Assembly: GCA_016748015.1 (NCBI GenBank)
Contig: JAAOMT010000352.1
Span: forward strand, 372,001 to 436,000
Origin: Geosiphon pyriformis uo1
Taxonomy: Eukaryota > Fungi > Glomeromycota
Direction: 5' to 3'
Length of the DNA stretch: 64,000 nucleotides
How positions within the stretch are numbered: position 1 is the stretch's first letter; every line of letters begins with the position of its first letter. Below, piece by piece: positions 52,346 to 64,000 of the stretch. A model generated the notes under the pieces. That model saw only the letters and a list, made by a program, of their open reading frames with translations, searched no databases and had not been told where the DNA came from. The translations under genes were made by a program, and so were the position numbers.

Positions 52346-53081
52346 AATTGAGAAATTCAAAGAATTTTGTACAATAAAATTTATGTATAGCAGTAGTATC
52401 AAAAGCTAGAAAATTAGTCAATTAGGCTCAAAGTAAAGAAGACTAAGAGTTAGTAAGACTCTCAGAGTCAATTAAATTCACAGGTCAAAATTATTAAATA
52501 CTTTTCTTTCAAAAGATAGAATACTATAACTTAAAGTGAAATCACTCTCATATTAATGAAATTATCCATTATCCTTAAATTCATGTTATTATCTACTACT
52601 TAATCTGCTGGCACAATAGCTCTTGATCATGGCTATTGACAGAACCCTTATTTCTTATTTTATTTTCTTTATTTCTTTATTTCTTTATTTTGTTTTATTT
52701 TCTTTATTTTCTTTTATTTTCTTTTGTTATTCACTAAATTGATTAAAAGGATTAAGCGCTGAAGTACAAACATTATAAGAACTGGTAAAAAACCTGTGAA
52801 ACAAAGATAAAACACTCATAAATTTAAGGATAGCTTACCAGAAGGATTACTGGCCACCATGCTGAGAAAGAAATTTGATGGAATTGTGATTCTGAGAGAC
52901 TACTGAAACACTATTAAATCTCTGTCCATTATACAAAAAACTCAACCAAAACCTTTAAACAAACAACACTTTCAGATACCAACAACTTACAGATATTACC
53001 AACACCAATTATATCAATTGAGCACCAAGTTATGGGTTTGTTATTTGCTTTAAGACCCCAAATAATCACTTGTAACAGTGA

Positions 53082-56000
53082 ATCAGAAAAAATTGGATTC
53101 ACTAATTTTTACATATTAGCCAAGAGCCCCAAAAACATCAAAATTCTTATTTATAATAACACAGAAAGAGTTGTAGACTTACCAAAAGAAACTATTATTG
53201 AATATCTAAGCACAGAAGTAGAAAACCAACCACCAAACTCCATTCCAGACTTTCCACAGCTTTGTGAATATGTTGACATCACATTACAAACAATTTACGA
53301 ACAAAGTGAATGTTATTTGCTCCAACCAAAACAATTAGAACAAATGAACATAGAAAACTTAAATCCACTTCAATGAATGCAACTCAAAATATTACTTAAC
53401 AACTTCAATGACATCTTTGCCAGTAAAAACGAATTTGACAGAACTGATATCATTCAGCATTAGATTAAAACTGGGAATGCAATGCCAATTAAACAAAGAG
53501 CATATAGAGTACCACCAGCCAGCCATGAGATTATTCATCAAGAAATTAATCAAATGCTTAACAATGGGCTAATTCAGCCATCAATAAATCTATGGTCATT
53601 ACCAGTGGTATTAATCAGGAAAAAAAATGGGAAGATTTGCTTTTGTGTGAATTATAGAAAACTCAATAGCATTACTTGTGAAGACAGTTATCCAACTCTA
53701 TAAATTCAGGAATTATTCAATGCTTTTGGTAGAAATAAATGGTTTTCAACCCTGGATCTAGATAGTAGTTACTGACAAGTAGCCATGGATCCAGCTGACA
53801 AAAAAAAGACTGCATTTACAACAAGAAAGAGAAATTTTGAATTTGAAGTCATGCCATTTGAGTTAATGAATACACCAGCCACATTCCAAAGGTTAATGGA
53901 AATTGTTTACATGGAATTATTATGGAAATCAGTAGTTGTATACTTAGATAACACCAACGTATTCTCAAGAACATTTGACAATCATTTCTATTATCTACAG
54001 CAAGTGTTTAAAAGACTTAGAAGAGCAGGATTGAAGTTAAATGCAAACAAATACTTCTTTGGCAAAACAGAATTAAAATTTTTGAAACATGTCATGAGCA
54101 AAGATGGCATCAAAACAGATTCAGGCAAGATTGAAATTGTCAAGAACTTTTCAGTACCAAATAATCTCACGGAACTAAGAGCATTCTTGGAATTTGCAGG
54201 GTACTATCACTGTTTTATCAAAGATTTTTCTAAACTGACTTAGCCATTACATCAACTCTAGAACAAAAATGTGAAATATGAATAGACAAAAACCCAGTAA
54301 GAAGCTTTTGACACACTAAAAAGAAAGCTCATTCAAGCTCCAGTGTTAATTTATTCAGACTACAGCAAATCATTCATTATCATTACCAATGCATCTGATT
54401 AAGCATTGGGAATAGTACTATTACAGAAAGAACCAGATAGAAGAGAACATCCAGTAGCATATGCCAGCTGAAGTTTAAGTCCAGCAGAAAAGAACTATAA
54501 AACACTGGCATTAGAACACTTAGCAATCTACTAGACAGTAATAAAATAGAAGGAATACTTGAGCTAGAAATTTGACATTTACACAGACCATAAAAGATTG
54601 ACTTCAATTCAGAAGCAAGAATTTGAAGACAATCAACATGCAAGATGAAAAATAGAACTAGCACTATACAAATATATTGTACATTATAAAAAGAGAAAAA
54701 AAAATGGAAATGCCAATGGTTTGTTACAAATGAGACAAATCTAAAAACATTTCAACCTAAAACATAACAAAATCCAAACAATTGAAAAACAAAATATAAC
54801 AAAAGATGAACATACAAAAATATCAACAACTTTAACACTATATAAATATTTAACAGTTTAAGGAGAAATTATCTCAAAATAAATGAAACAGTATCAAACA
54901 ACAATCAAAATATTTTATTACTTACCAAAATATACTTTATTAGAAAAACAGAAAAGATCCAAATCAACTAACCAGAGTAATTACAGAACCAGAAAAAGAG
55001 ACAATACTGTTTAACATGCACTTAGATCTAACAGCAGAACATTTTCACAAAGAAGCAACCATAGAAAGAACCAAAAAAAGATATTATTGGCCATCAATAT
55101 ATTCAGATATCATCCAATATGTTCAAAATTGTGATGCTTGTCAGAGAAGAGGAGGAACAAGACTCATTGAACCATTAAAACCAATCAAAGTGGGACAATC
55201 ATTTGATCATATTGGAATTGACTTAGTTAGACCATTGACAATAACCAGCAGAGGCAACAGATATATTGCAGTAGCCATGAATTATCTCACAAAATGGCCA
55301 GAAGCAAAAGCCATTTAAAAAGCAGATGCAAAATCCATTGCCAAATTTGTTCATCAAGATTTGATCTGCCAATATAGATGTCCAAAAGAACTATTATCAG
55401 ATCAAAGAACTCACTTTGTGAATAGAACACTAGTGGAATTAAGTCAAAGATTTGGAATAAAAAGACCATTATCATCACCATACCATTCACAAAAAAATGG
55501 GTTAGTTAAAAGATTTAACAGAACATTGTGTGAAGCAATTACCAAAATCAGCCAAGAAAACCAGAACAAATGAAACTTGTTTATACCATCAGTATTATTT
55601 GCTTATTGGACAATAAAGCAAGACACTACACAAGCAACACTATTTAAATTAGTATATGGTAGAACAGCAACATTACCAGTTGATATAAAAGTCAACACTT
55701 ATCCAACAGGATCAATAACTAAAGATAATTTTCAGAAAACATTGCTAAGAAAAACATATGACTTGATGGAGACTCTAAAAAACAAGCAACGAAGAGTGGC
55801 TGATAACATCCAAAAGTCACAAAAGGAACAAAAAGAAAGACATAATAACCAATTACCAGATAAACCAGTCAAATTTAAGATTGGAGACAAAATACTTCTA
55901 TATCATACCAAAGCAGAAAAACAATAGAGTAGAAAATTTAACCCCAAATGGGATGGACCATTTCACATAGAAAAAATTCTTGGAAATGAAGCTTATAAAT

Positions 56001-56180
56001 TAAGATTGAACAACAAAATCTTAACCAAAGCAGCATATGGAGATCGACTGAAACCATACCACAGTATAATAACAGCATCTATTAGTAATATTCCACAACT
56101 GGGAGTACAATGAATACTAGTCCAACCAGATAAGATTTCATGAGATCTGGAACCAATCATAATTATTAGACCAAACATGT
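53082..56180 (+). pseudogene. pol: Linker-RT-RNase H-integrase of C
   Basis: MPIKQRAYRVPP, KKTAFTT, VVVYLDN, HIGIDLV, LSDQRTHF, KWDGPF. Confidence 0.92.
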
Positions 56181-56241
56181 AAAATAAACAATAAGAAGGG
56201 TATATAAAAACATGGTAGATGTGACAGAAGACATCAAAAAA

Positions 56242-56878
56242 ATGTAAATTACCAACAAAATTCACTCATTAGCACAACAACTTTTCCAATTAATTCAACA
56301 ACAAGAAATGGAAATCACAATCAATTAACAAACTATCAGATACACTAATACCAGAAAAAGACCACAGGATAAAGTATGGAGAAAAACAGAAAACATGGTT
56401 GACAAAATAATTGCAAAAGTAAAATAGGTAATAGAAACACAACTCAAAGTTACCCAATATCAAAAATTGACAATAGAAACCTGGAATTGGTGGATACAAC
56501 AATTTCCAAGAAACTTTTGTTACTTTTACTTGGGACAATATGTGAACATTCAGAATTTATACATGAATAAGACAAAACAATTATTTGATATAACAATACT
56601 ATAACAATTAGAACAATTTGTGGGGAAAAACAATTTAACCACACAAGCAAGAGCCATTTATCGGCTACATACCAGATTTTAAGATCAACCAGAAATCTTG
56701 CTCAATACTAAAATGGACATTGTTACTGTTAACCAAATGAAAAAAATAACCAACACCCAATTTGAAGAATTACAAAACAAGATAACACAAATAATTCTTG
56801 AAAAAGAAGTTCAAAAATTACTTAAGGATGGAGAATTAGAGCTAAGAGATTTGGGAAATCTTAATGGAGCTTAATATT
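56242..56878 (+). pseudogene. ORF3 of C
   Basis: M*ITNKIHSLAQQLFQLIQQQE...ARAIYRLHTRF...ITNTQFEEL; homologous to ORF3 of B and H. Confidence 0.65.
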
Positions 56879-56893
56879 AAAAGGAAAGGAAAA

Positions 56894-57739
56894 TGTTACT
56901 TATAGAATATAAAAAATATATTAATATATAAATTAGCCAATCAGAAGTAGACATAGTAAATGTGGAATTCTAGAATTCCTCTTAGAGGAATTACAGGATT
57001 CCAGGAATTTTAGGATTCTCATATGAAGAATCACAGAATTCCAGAATTCCAGAATTTTTCTTAAAAGAATTGCAGGATTCCAGAAATTTCAGGATTCCTA
57101 GTGTGAAGAATCAAAAAATTAAGGAATCTCAATTATGTATATATAGTGGTAGTATTAGAAGTAAAAAAAACAGACCTCTTAGTTTAGATTTGATTTAAAC
57201 AACCTTTCACATCACAAATATCAATAAATAACTATTTGTTATTTTACTCTACTCTCCACTATCAACATTACATGTTAATAATAATTACTACTTAAACACA
57301 CTAGAACAATAGCTCTTAATTACGGCTATTGACAGAATACTAACTTACAAAATGCCTTGGCTTATTTCTTTTTTTTATTTTCTTTTACTTTTCTTTTTTT
57401 CTTTTGTTGTGTTTACTAATTAATTAAGGATTAAGTGCTAAATTATTGACATCAAGAATTGCCTAGTAAAAAACCCCTGCGAATGGGTAGAACATATAAA
57501 AAAAATTACAGATTACTTACCAGAGGATTGCCAGCCATTATGTCAAGAAAAAAATTGACAGAATTGCAATTCTGAGAAGCTATGGATTACAATTATTGAA
57601 TCTCTGTTTATTATACAAAGAACTTTACCAAAACCTTCAGAATTATAACACTTTCAGCAACCAATATTAATCAGGTCATTAAGCACCAAGTTACAGATTT
57701 TGTTATTTGCTTTGAGACCCCAAATAAACACCTGTAACA
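56894..57739 (+). repeat. 3' LTR of element C
   Basis: TGTTAC...GTAACA; matches the split 5' LTR. Confidence 0.93.
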
Positions 57740-57743
57740 ATAG

Positions 57744-60700
57744 TTTGTTGTTCTATTTTTCTTGTTTTTTTGGTCATCCAAACCATTTAATAATATAAGG
57801 ACAGCAATAAAATTTTGTTGCTGTTGGATATTTTTTATTATCATTGCAACATGCACCCATTGATGATAACTTTTTGTCACAATTAATGCATACCAGTTTC
57901 AGTTGGCAATAGTTATACAGTTGTGGTAAAGTGTAGGTGTATGAACTATAAGTAGTGGTTGATATTGGTTCTTCTTTCTTTTTTTCTCTTTTTTCTTCTT
58001 ATTATTACTTTCTTCTTACTTCCAATTTGGCAGCAGTTTATTATAATTGCTGTTATTTTACAATGTTTGGTTAGTGCTCCAGATAAGTTTTTCTTTTTGT
58101 TTTTCCTTTCTGTTGTTGTCCCAAGTCAAAATTGGTGATAGTTCATTGTGGTCTTTATCAGCCCAGGAAACTTAATAGGTTTCCCAGATAGGTTTTTTTT
58201 TTCTTCCTCAAATTTGATTAATAGTGCTGATGGGGTGTCATTTGGTTTGAAGTGACTGCATGTGGTTGGCACTTTCATATGTTGTCTATTCTGACTAAGT
58301 TGTAATTTTTGCATGTTTTAGTCAAGCATAGCATTTGTTTTAATTAGCCAGTTATTACCAACTAATGCTTAATACTGCATAGCTTCTATCACCAAAACTT
58401 TGATTGGTGTAATAATACCATTGACTTCAAATGGGAAATTATCAATCTCACCAATAGGGGTTTTGGTCATTCCATCAGCTGTTATTATCCTAATGCTGGC
58501 AGTGCAATCAACTCAGCGACCTAGTTGGTCCATAAGTTGTTGTGTGATGATGTTGCCTGTTGATCCACTATCCAGAATTAGTTTAATAGTCTGACCATTG
58601 ACTTTGGCATTGGTGTACATAGCAGTAATGGGTTTAGTATTGAGTACAACTTTACTAAAAAGAGGCATTGCTGATTTCTCAAGTTCAAAGAGAAAAATGG
58701 CTGCAAGTAATTTGTCTTCTGTAATAGTTATTAAGGGTATATTGCTAGTAAGTGGCTTTTGGTTGGTTTCCTATTTGCTAGATGTGGTGTCTTCTGAAGT
58801 TACTAAAAAGCTTAAATAGTTTTGGAAACTCAGGTTTTGGGTGTATTCAGTTTCTGAACTCCACTAACATGATCCTAATTGTTGGGTAAATGAACTGGGG
58901 ATCAGTTGATAAACAACCATTGCTGATCTCCAGTTTTGTTGAATGGATTTCAGTCTTTGATTTCTATGTAATATTGAAGTTTAAATTTGTGACAGTGTTT
59001 GAATTTGTTGGGGTTAATATATTACTTGTAACTGTGGTTAATAGATTATTGGTGCTGGAGTCTAATAAATCTGTGTTTGATAAATAAACTGCTGTGTCAT
59101 TGGTAGGTAATTTGATTGATATGGTGCTGAGTTTGGTTAATAACTCAGAGTTTGAAACTGGCAATTGGGGTTTCAATTTTGATCTCCTGATTGTTGGTTA
59201 TTTAATCGACAATAGCAGTCAATTTGTAGGTGTTCTTGTTTATCACAATAGTGGCAAACATGTGTTTTCTGTTGTCACTGTTAATTGATTGACAATGATG
59301 GATACAATTGATTTTGAAAACAATTAGAGGTTTCTTGATTATTGTATCATTAAAAAGGTTGATAAATTGCCTGATTGTTGTTAGCTAAGTATTCTTCTAA
59401 TTTCTGGTTGATTAATTCACTGAATTGCTTCAATTTGGAATCCAAGTCAGATGATCTATTTATCACTAGATTTATGGCTTGGGCATGGTTGGCTTCAAGT
59501 TTGGCTGTTTTAAAATCTTTGGTGTTTGTAACAGCTGCTTAAAAGTCTGTTGAATGTAATAAACATATGTGTTGGAGGATGCTACTACACAGGCCTCTAA
59601 TGAATTGTAAAATAATCAGCCTGTATTGCCTGAATTTGGTGCAGATTTCTGTAGAAGCATTCTAAGTAAGTAGTAACTGCTTCAGTTTCTTCTTGTTTGA
59701 TGGTGGTGAAAGTATTTGCTAGACAATTAATACTATTATTATTGTTAAAATATTGTAGGAATACAAGCTTAAATATATTGAAATCCTGAGGTTTGTTGGC
59801 CAAGCTTTGATATCATGAGTCGACAATATCTTGAAAAAAGTATGAAATGGCTTGCATGACTCTGGCATCATTCCATCTGTTGGCTGTAATGGCTTTTTCA
59901 ACATTGTCTAGCCATACTTGGGTGGTATCTTCTTTGCCTGTGAATTTTTCGAGTTTTGCTATTGGGGCATAGGCCATTAGATCCAAGTTTGGTTGTTGTT
60001 GTGGTTGCTGTTGCAGCTGCTGCTGGAATTGTTGTTGGAATAGTGATTGTGGCTGTTGCTGTTGCTGTTTGTTGATTGGTGAAACTGGTGGTAGATTAAT
60101 CATGATTACTGAAAGTAAGTTTTTCTGGATAATAATGTCAGAGTTTGAATTGTTCCAATTTTCTGGAGTTTAATTAACCAGAGTTTCAATTTCTGAATTT
60201 TTTAGGATTGGGTTTTGCTTGTTAATTTCTTGATTACTACTTTTCTTTTCCTCAGAGTTAGTTATTTCTCAAGGACTAATGGTTTCAAACTCTGGTTGTG
60301 GTAGTAGTAATCAAATTTCTGATGGCATTAAGAATCATGATTTAAATCTCTCAAAATAATTGCCATATGTTCCTAATAACTCTGCTTTCTTTTGTTTACT
60401 TTGAAACAGAATTCTGTTCAGTAGTGTTGTTGCACTTGTTATAGCCACACTTATTATATTGATAGTACTTCCAGATATGTGATAATATAATAGATTAGCA
60501 GGTGAATCAAATCTTTGTTTCTTCCAAGTGAGTAGTTAGACTTGTTTTGGTGTTCCTGTTAGTGTTTATAATCTTTCTTTTCTCTTATCAGCAAAAGTTA
60601 TAGGAAATTTCTGTTTGGTATATTTTTCAATTTCTCTGTTTATTTCTGTGATTAGAAGTGCAAATAAGTAGTTTTGTGGAAGGGTGGTGCTTTGGAGTAG

Positions 60701-61722
60701 TTCATTGAAGAAATTGTTGAAGGCAAATTCTGGATCTTCTTGGCCTCCCAAATGATATACTATTTTCTTGTTGACATAACAGTTGAAAGCTAATACTATT
60801 GGCCAATTATTATTTGTTAATTCGAAATAGGTGTGATAGTGTTGGAATAAAAATTTTGCAAATTCTAAATAGTTTGTCTCTGTTTCTTCAGATTCTGCCA
60901 CTGTTTTGGATGGGTGTTTGTTGGTACTGGTTCTTTGTTAGATTATATTTCACAGGTAGCACCAAATGTTACAGATAATTATTTGGGATCTCAAAGCAAA
61001 TAACAAACCCATAATTTGGTGTTCAATTGATTTAATGATGTTAATATCTGAAGGTTTTTTGTTAAGTCTTTTGTATAATAGACAGAGATTCAAGTGTGGT
61101 TGTTGGTGAGTGGTTTTCCCAATTTCTATTTTCAGCATGGTGGCCAGTTTAGTCTGGCAGTCATGCTCTTTTGGTAAGCTATCTGTTAATATATATAATT
61201 CTACTCTTATCTCTGGGTCTTTTACCAGGCTATCCATGATATTAATATCTCAGTGCTTAGTCCTTAATCAATTAGTAAATACAACAGAATACAGAAAAAA
61301 AAATAAAAAAAATAAAGAAAAGATAAAGAAAATAAGCTAAGGCAGTTTACAAGTTAGTATTTCATCAATAGCCATGATCAAGAGCTATTGTTCCAGTGTG
61401 GTTAAGTATCAATTACTATCAACATAAAGTGTTGATAGTAGAAAATATATTAATATAGTGAATAATTATTTATTGATATTTGTATAACAGGGTTGCTTAG
61501 ATCAAATCTAAATTGAGAGATCTGTTTTTTCTACTTCTAATACTACCACTATATATACATAATTAAGATTCCTCAATTTCTTAATTTTTTACACTAGGAA
61601 TTCTGGGATTTCTGAAATCCTGTAATTCTTTTGAGAGAAATTCTGGAATTCTACATTTACTATGGCTACTTCTAATTGGCTAATTTATATGCTAATATAC
61701 TTCCTATATTCTATAAGTAACA
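57744..61722 (-). mobile_element. Ty3/gypsy element G, 5' half (LTR 60967-61722, PBS, gag, protease, start of Cys module)
   Basis: PBS TGGTGCTACCTGTGA, VAESEETETNYLEFAK, MAYAPIAKLEKFTG, CHYCDKQEHLQIDC, LILDSGSTG; continues at 33784-33535. Confidence 0.9.
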
Positions 61723-62241
61723 ATACTTAAATAGTCATAATTATATAAGCACTTCCTAATTATCACAGATAATCTTTTATGAACTGCCTTTATCAAGTAT
61801 GTGTACAAGCCAGCTGTTTATTTGCTTATATAACTGGCTGTTATATGAGAATTAGAATGCCAAACCAAGATAATAAGCTTTCAATTAATGTCTTTAACAT
61901 ACAAAAGATCTATAGCATTAACACCAGAACCAACTTTTCATTGAAAACACTTTACAGTATTATATATAATCTTAACAAAATATTAAACATTGCCAAAAAT
62001 CATTATATCATTAACTAATAAAAAATTTTTCTAAATGTTTATTAAAAAAACAAATCTTGAAAATGCAGCTTGATTAGCCAGCTTATCAACAATTTTGTTG
62101 TCCAATATGCTGGAATGGCTTTTCACTTTTGTCCAACTCACAGAAATTCATTTATTCTTAACCAAACTATTAAAATAACATTGCTTAATTCAACACTTAT
62201 TGTAAAAGTTTGGTGCCACCAACTTCAATTTAGCTTGATAC
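61723..62241 (-). pseudogene. LINE ORF2 C-terminal part: RNase H and pre-zinc-finger region
   Basis: ISVSWTKVKSHSSILDNKIVDKLA (from RNase H WxKVKGHSG..GNE.AD.LA), LVWHSNSH, YLIKAVHKRLSV. Confidence 0.8.
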
Positions 62242-64000
62242 TGTTATAAATAATTATTTGGGGTGTTAATACAAATAACAAATCTGTAACTTGGTGCTCA
62301 ATAGCTGGTGATGTTAGTAATTTCTGAAGGTTTTGAAGTCTGAAAATTTTGGTTGAGTTTTTTGTATAATAAACAGAGATTCAATTAATGGTTTCTTTTA
62401 TGAATTTTTTTTTAGTGTGATGGCCAGTTTATTTTGGCAGTTGTGCTTTTCTGGTAAGCTATTTTTAAATTTCTACTTTTATTTTCAGATCTTTTATCAG
62501 GTTATTCTTAACATCAAATACTCAACACTTAATTATTTTTTAATCAATTAGTAAACAACAAAAAAAAAAACAAAAAAAAAATTTAATATCTTATTAATAG
62601 CCATAATCAAAAACTATTGATCCAGTATGGTTAAGTATTAAATTTTATTAATATAAAGTGTTAATAATGAGAAATTAATTAATATTTTTAATCAAGCAAT
62701 GATAATATAATTGGATGATAATTAGATATTTTATTGATATTGATGGATTTCCACTTTAAGTTATAGAAAACTATTTTTTGAAGAAAAAATATTGGGATTT
62801 TGAACTTTATTGAATCTGAATACTTTTCTGTTTTTAACATTTTCATTATATATATATAATTTGTATTATATGAGATTCTTAGAAAATTCTAGAATTTTGG
62901 AATCCTGCAATTTCTCAAGAAGAATCTTAGAATTCTTTATTTTATTATATCTATTTTTAATTGGTTATTTTATTTATTATTATAATTTTTAATTTCTATG
63001 AGTAACATTATTTTCTTCTTTTAATATTGAGCTTTATTAAAATCTCTTAAACTTTCTAAATCTTTTTCTTGGATTAACTCTATAACTTTTTTTACGAAAA
63101 TTATTTGGGCAATATTGGTTTGTAATTTTTCAAATTGAGTATTGGTAATTTTTCCTAATTAGTTGATGATTACTGTATCCATTATTGGATGTAACAATGT
63201 TTTCAGACAGTCTTAAAACTCTGTTTGTAACTAGTATATTATTTATGCTTATGTAGATAGATTATTTTTTTCATAAAGTGTTTAAACTGTTGTAATATTG
63301 TTATATTGAACATCTGTTTTGTTTTATCTGTATATAAGTTCTAAATATTGAGCTTTTATCCCAAGTGATAATAATAAAAGTTCCTTAGAAATTGTTGTAT
63401 CCATTATTTTCAATTTTTTTCTATTAACTCTTTATATAGTACTATTGTCTTTGGTGTTTTTATAGATATTTTTACTTTTGTTATTATATTCTTTACTATA
63501 TTTTTATGTTTTTCATATATTCTATATTGTATTTCATATTGAAATTTTTATTTTTTTTCTGTATATTAAATGGTTTATTAATTGATTGTGATTTTTATGT
63601 TTAGTTTTTGATGTTTGATTAGTTGAAATAGTTGTTGAATTAGTAAGTAAATATTGTTGATAATTTTTATTTTTTTATTTGCTTTTTTTATATATATTGG
63701 TTTTTTATATACTATTTTTGTAAATCAATTTAATATGTTTGTATTAATAATTATGATTGGTTCTAAATTTCATAGAATTTTATCTGGTTGGATTAGTATT
63801 TGTTGTATTCTTAGTTATAGAATATTACTAATAAATGATAATACTATATTGTAATATGGTTTCAGTTAATCTCTATGTGCTGCTTTAGCTAAAATTTTGT
63901 TGTTTTATCTTAATTTATAAGTTCTATTTTCTAAAATTTCTTCAATATAAAATGGTTTATTCTATTTGGAATCAAATTTTTCATTCCATTGTTTTTCTGC
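62242..64000 (-). mobile_element. Ty3/gypsy element H, 3' end (3' LTR 62242-63007, PPT, ORF3, integrase C-terminus); continues beyond the window
   Basis: TGTTAT...GTAACA LTR similar to those of C, E and G. PPT 63008-63022. Integrase KFDSK*NKPF...YKLR. Confidence 0.85.

Larger units (their letters stand above)
49078..53077 (+). mobile_element. Non-autonomous LTR element E (LARD/TRIM-like) inserted in C
   Basis: LTRs 49078-49993 and 52154-53077, TSD GTGA, PBS at 49996, PPT near 52140. The 2.16-kb interior has no RT or integrase. Confidence 0.92.
33785..57739 (+). mobile_element. Ty3/gypsy element C, full length, inserted in G and carrying nested D and E
   Basis: TSD ATAG (33781-84, 57740-43). 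5' LTR 33785-34425 plus 44285-44489 (846 bp), 3' LTR 56894-57739 (846 bp), PBS at 44492. Confidence 0.93.

Noticed and set aside
53032-53376. Novel 114-aa gene
   Set aside because: Chance in-frame fusion of the end of E's 3' LTR with the interrupted pol linker of C.

Overview
AT-rich eukaryotic genomic DNA. Short spliceosomal introns and the gene and transposon repertoire point to an early-diverging fungus, probably Glomeromycotina/Mucoromycota (inference). Bases 1-7.0 kb are a CpG-retaining gene island: the 5' part of a STE50-like SAM gene (-), a pseudogenised restriction-endonuclease-fold-like gene (+), FAM172A/Arb2 (+) and NAXD (-). A 280-bp MITE follows. From about 7.8 kb to the end is a nested transposon graveyard. 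A LINE (ORF1, APE endonuclease, RT; RNase H part on the opposite strand at 61.7-62.2 kb) is interrupted by, or adjacent to, eight Ty3/gypsy elements (A-H) and a TA-flanked TIR element. LTRs, PBS, PPT and 4-bp TSDs can be read directly, and nesting is at least three levels deep (G>C>D/E; four counting the LINE piece next to G). The main Ty3 clade has an unusual layout: an AUG-less, GTG-led Gag N-terminal domain, Gag, protease, an unrecognised Cys-rich module, dUTPase plus a degenerate dUTPase-like domain, RT, RNase H, a conserved stop, an integrase with its own ATG, and a soluble ORF3 in the env position. All repeats are eroded almost only by C>T/G>A transitions (CpG decay plus RIP-like non-CpG changes). 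A probable large inversion breakpoint lies at about 33.54 kb.
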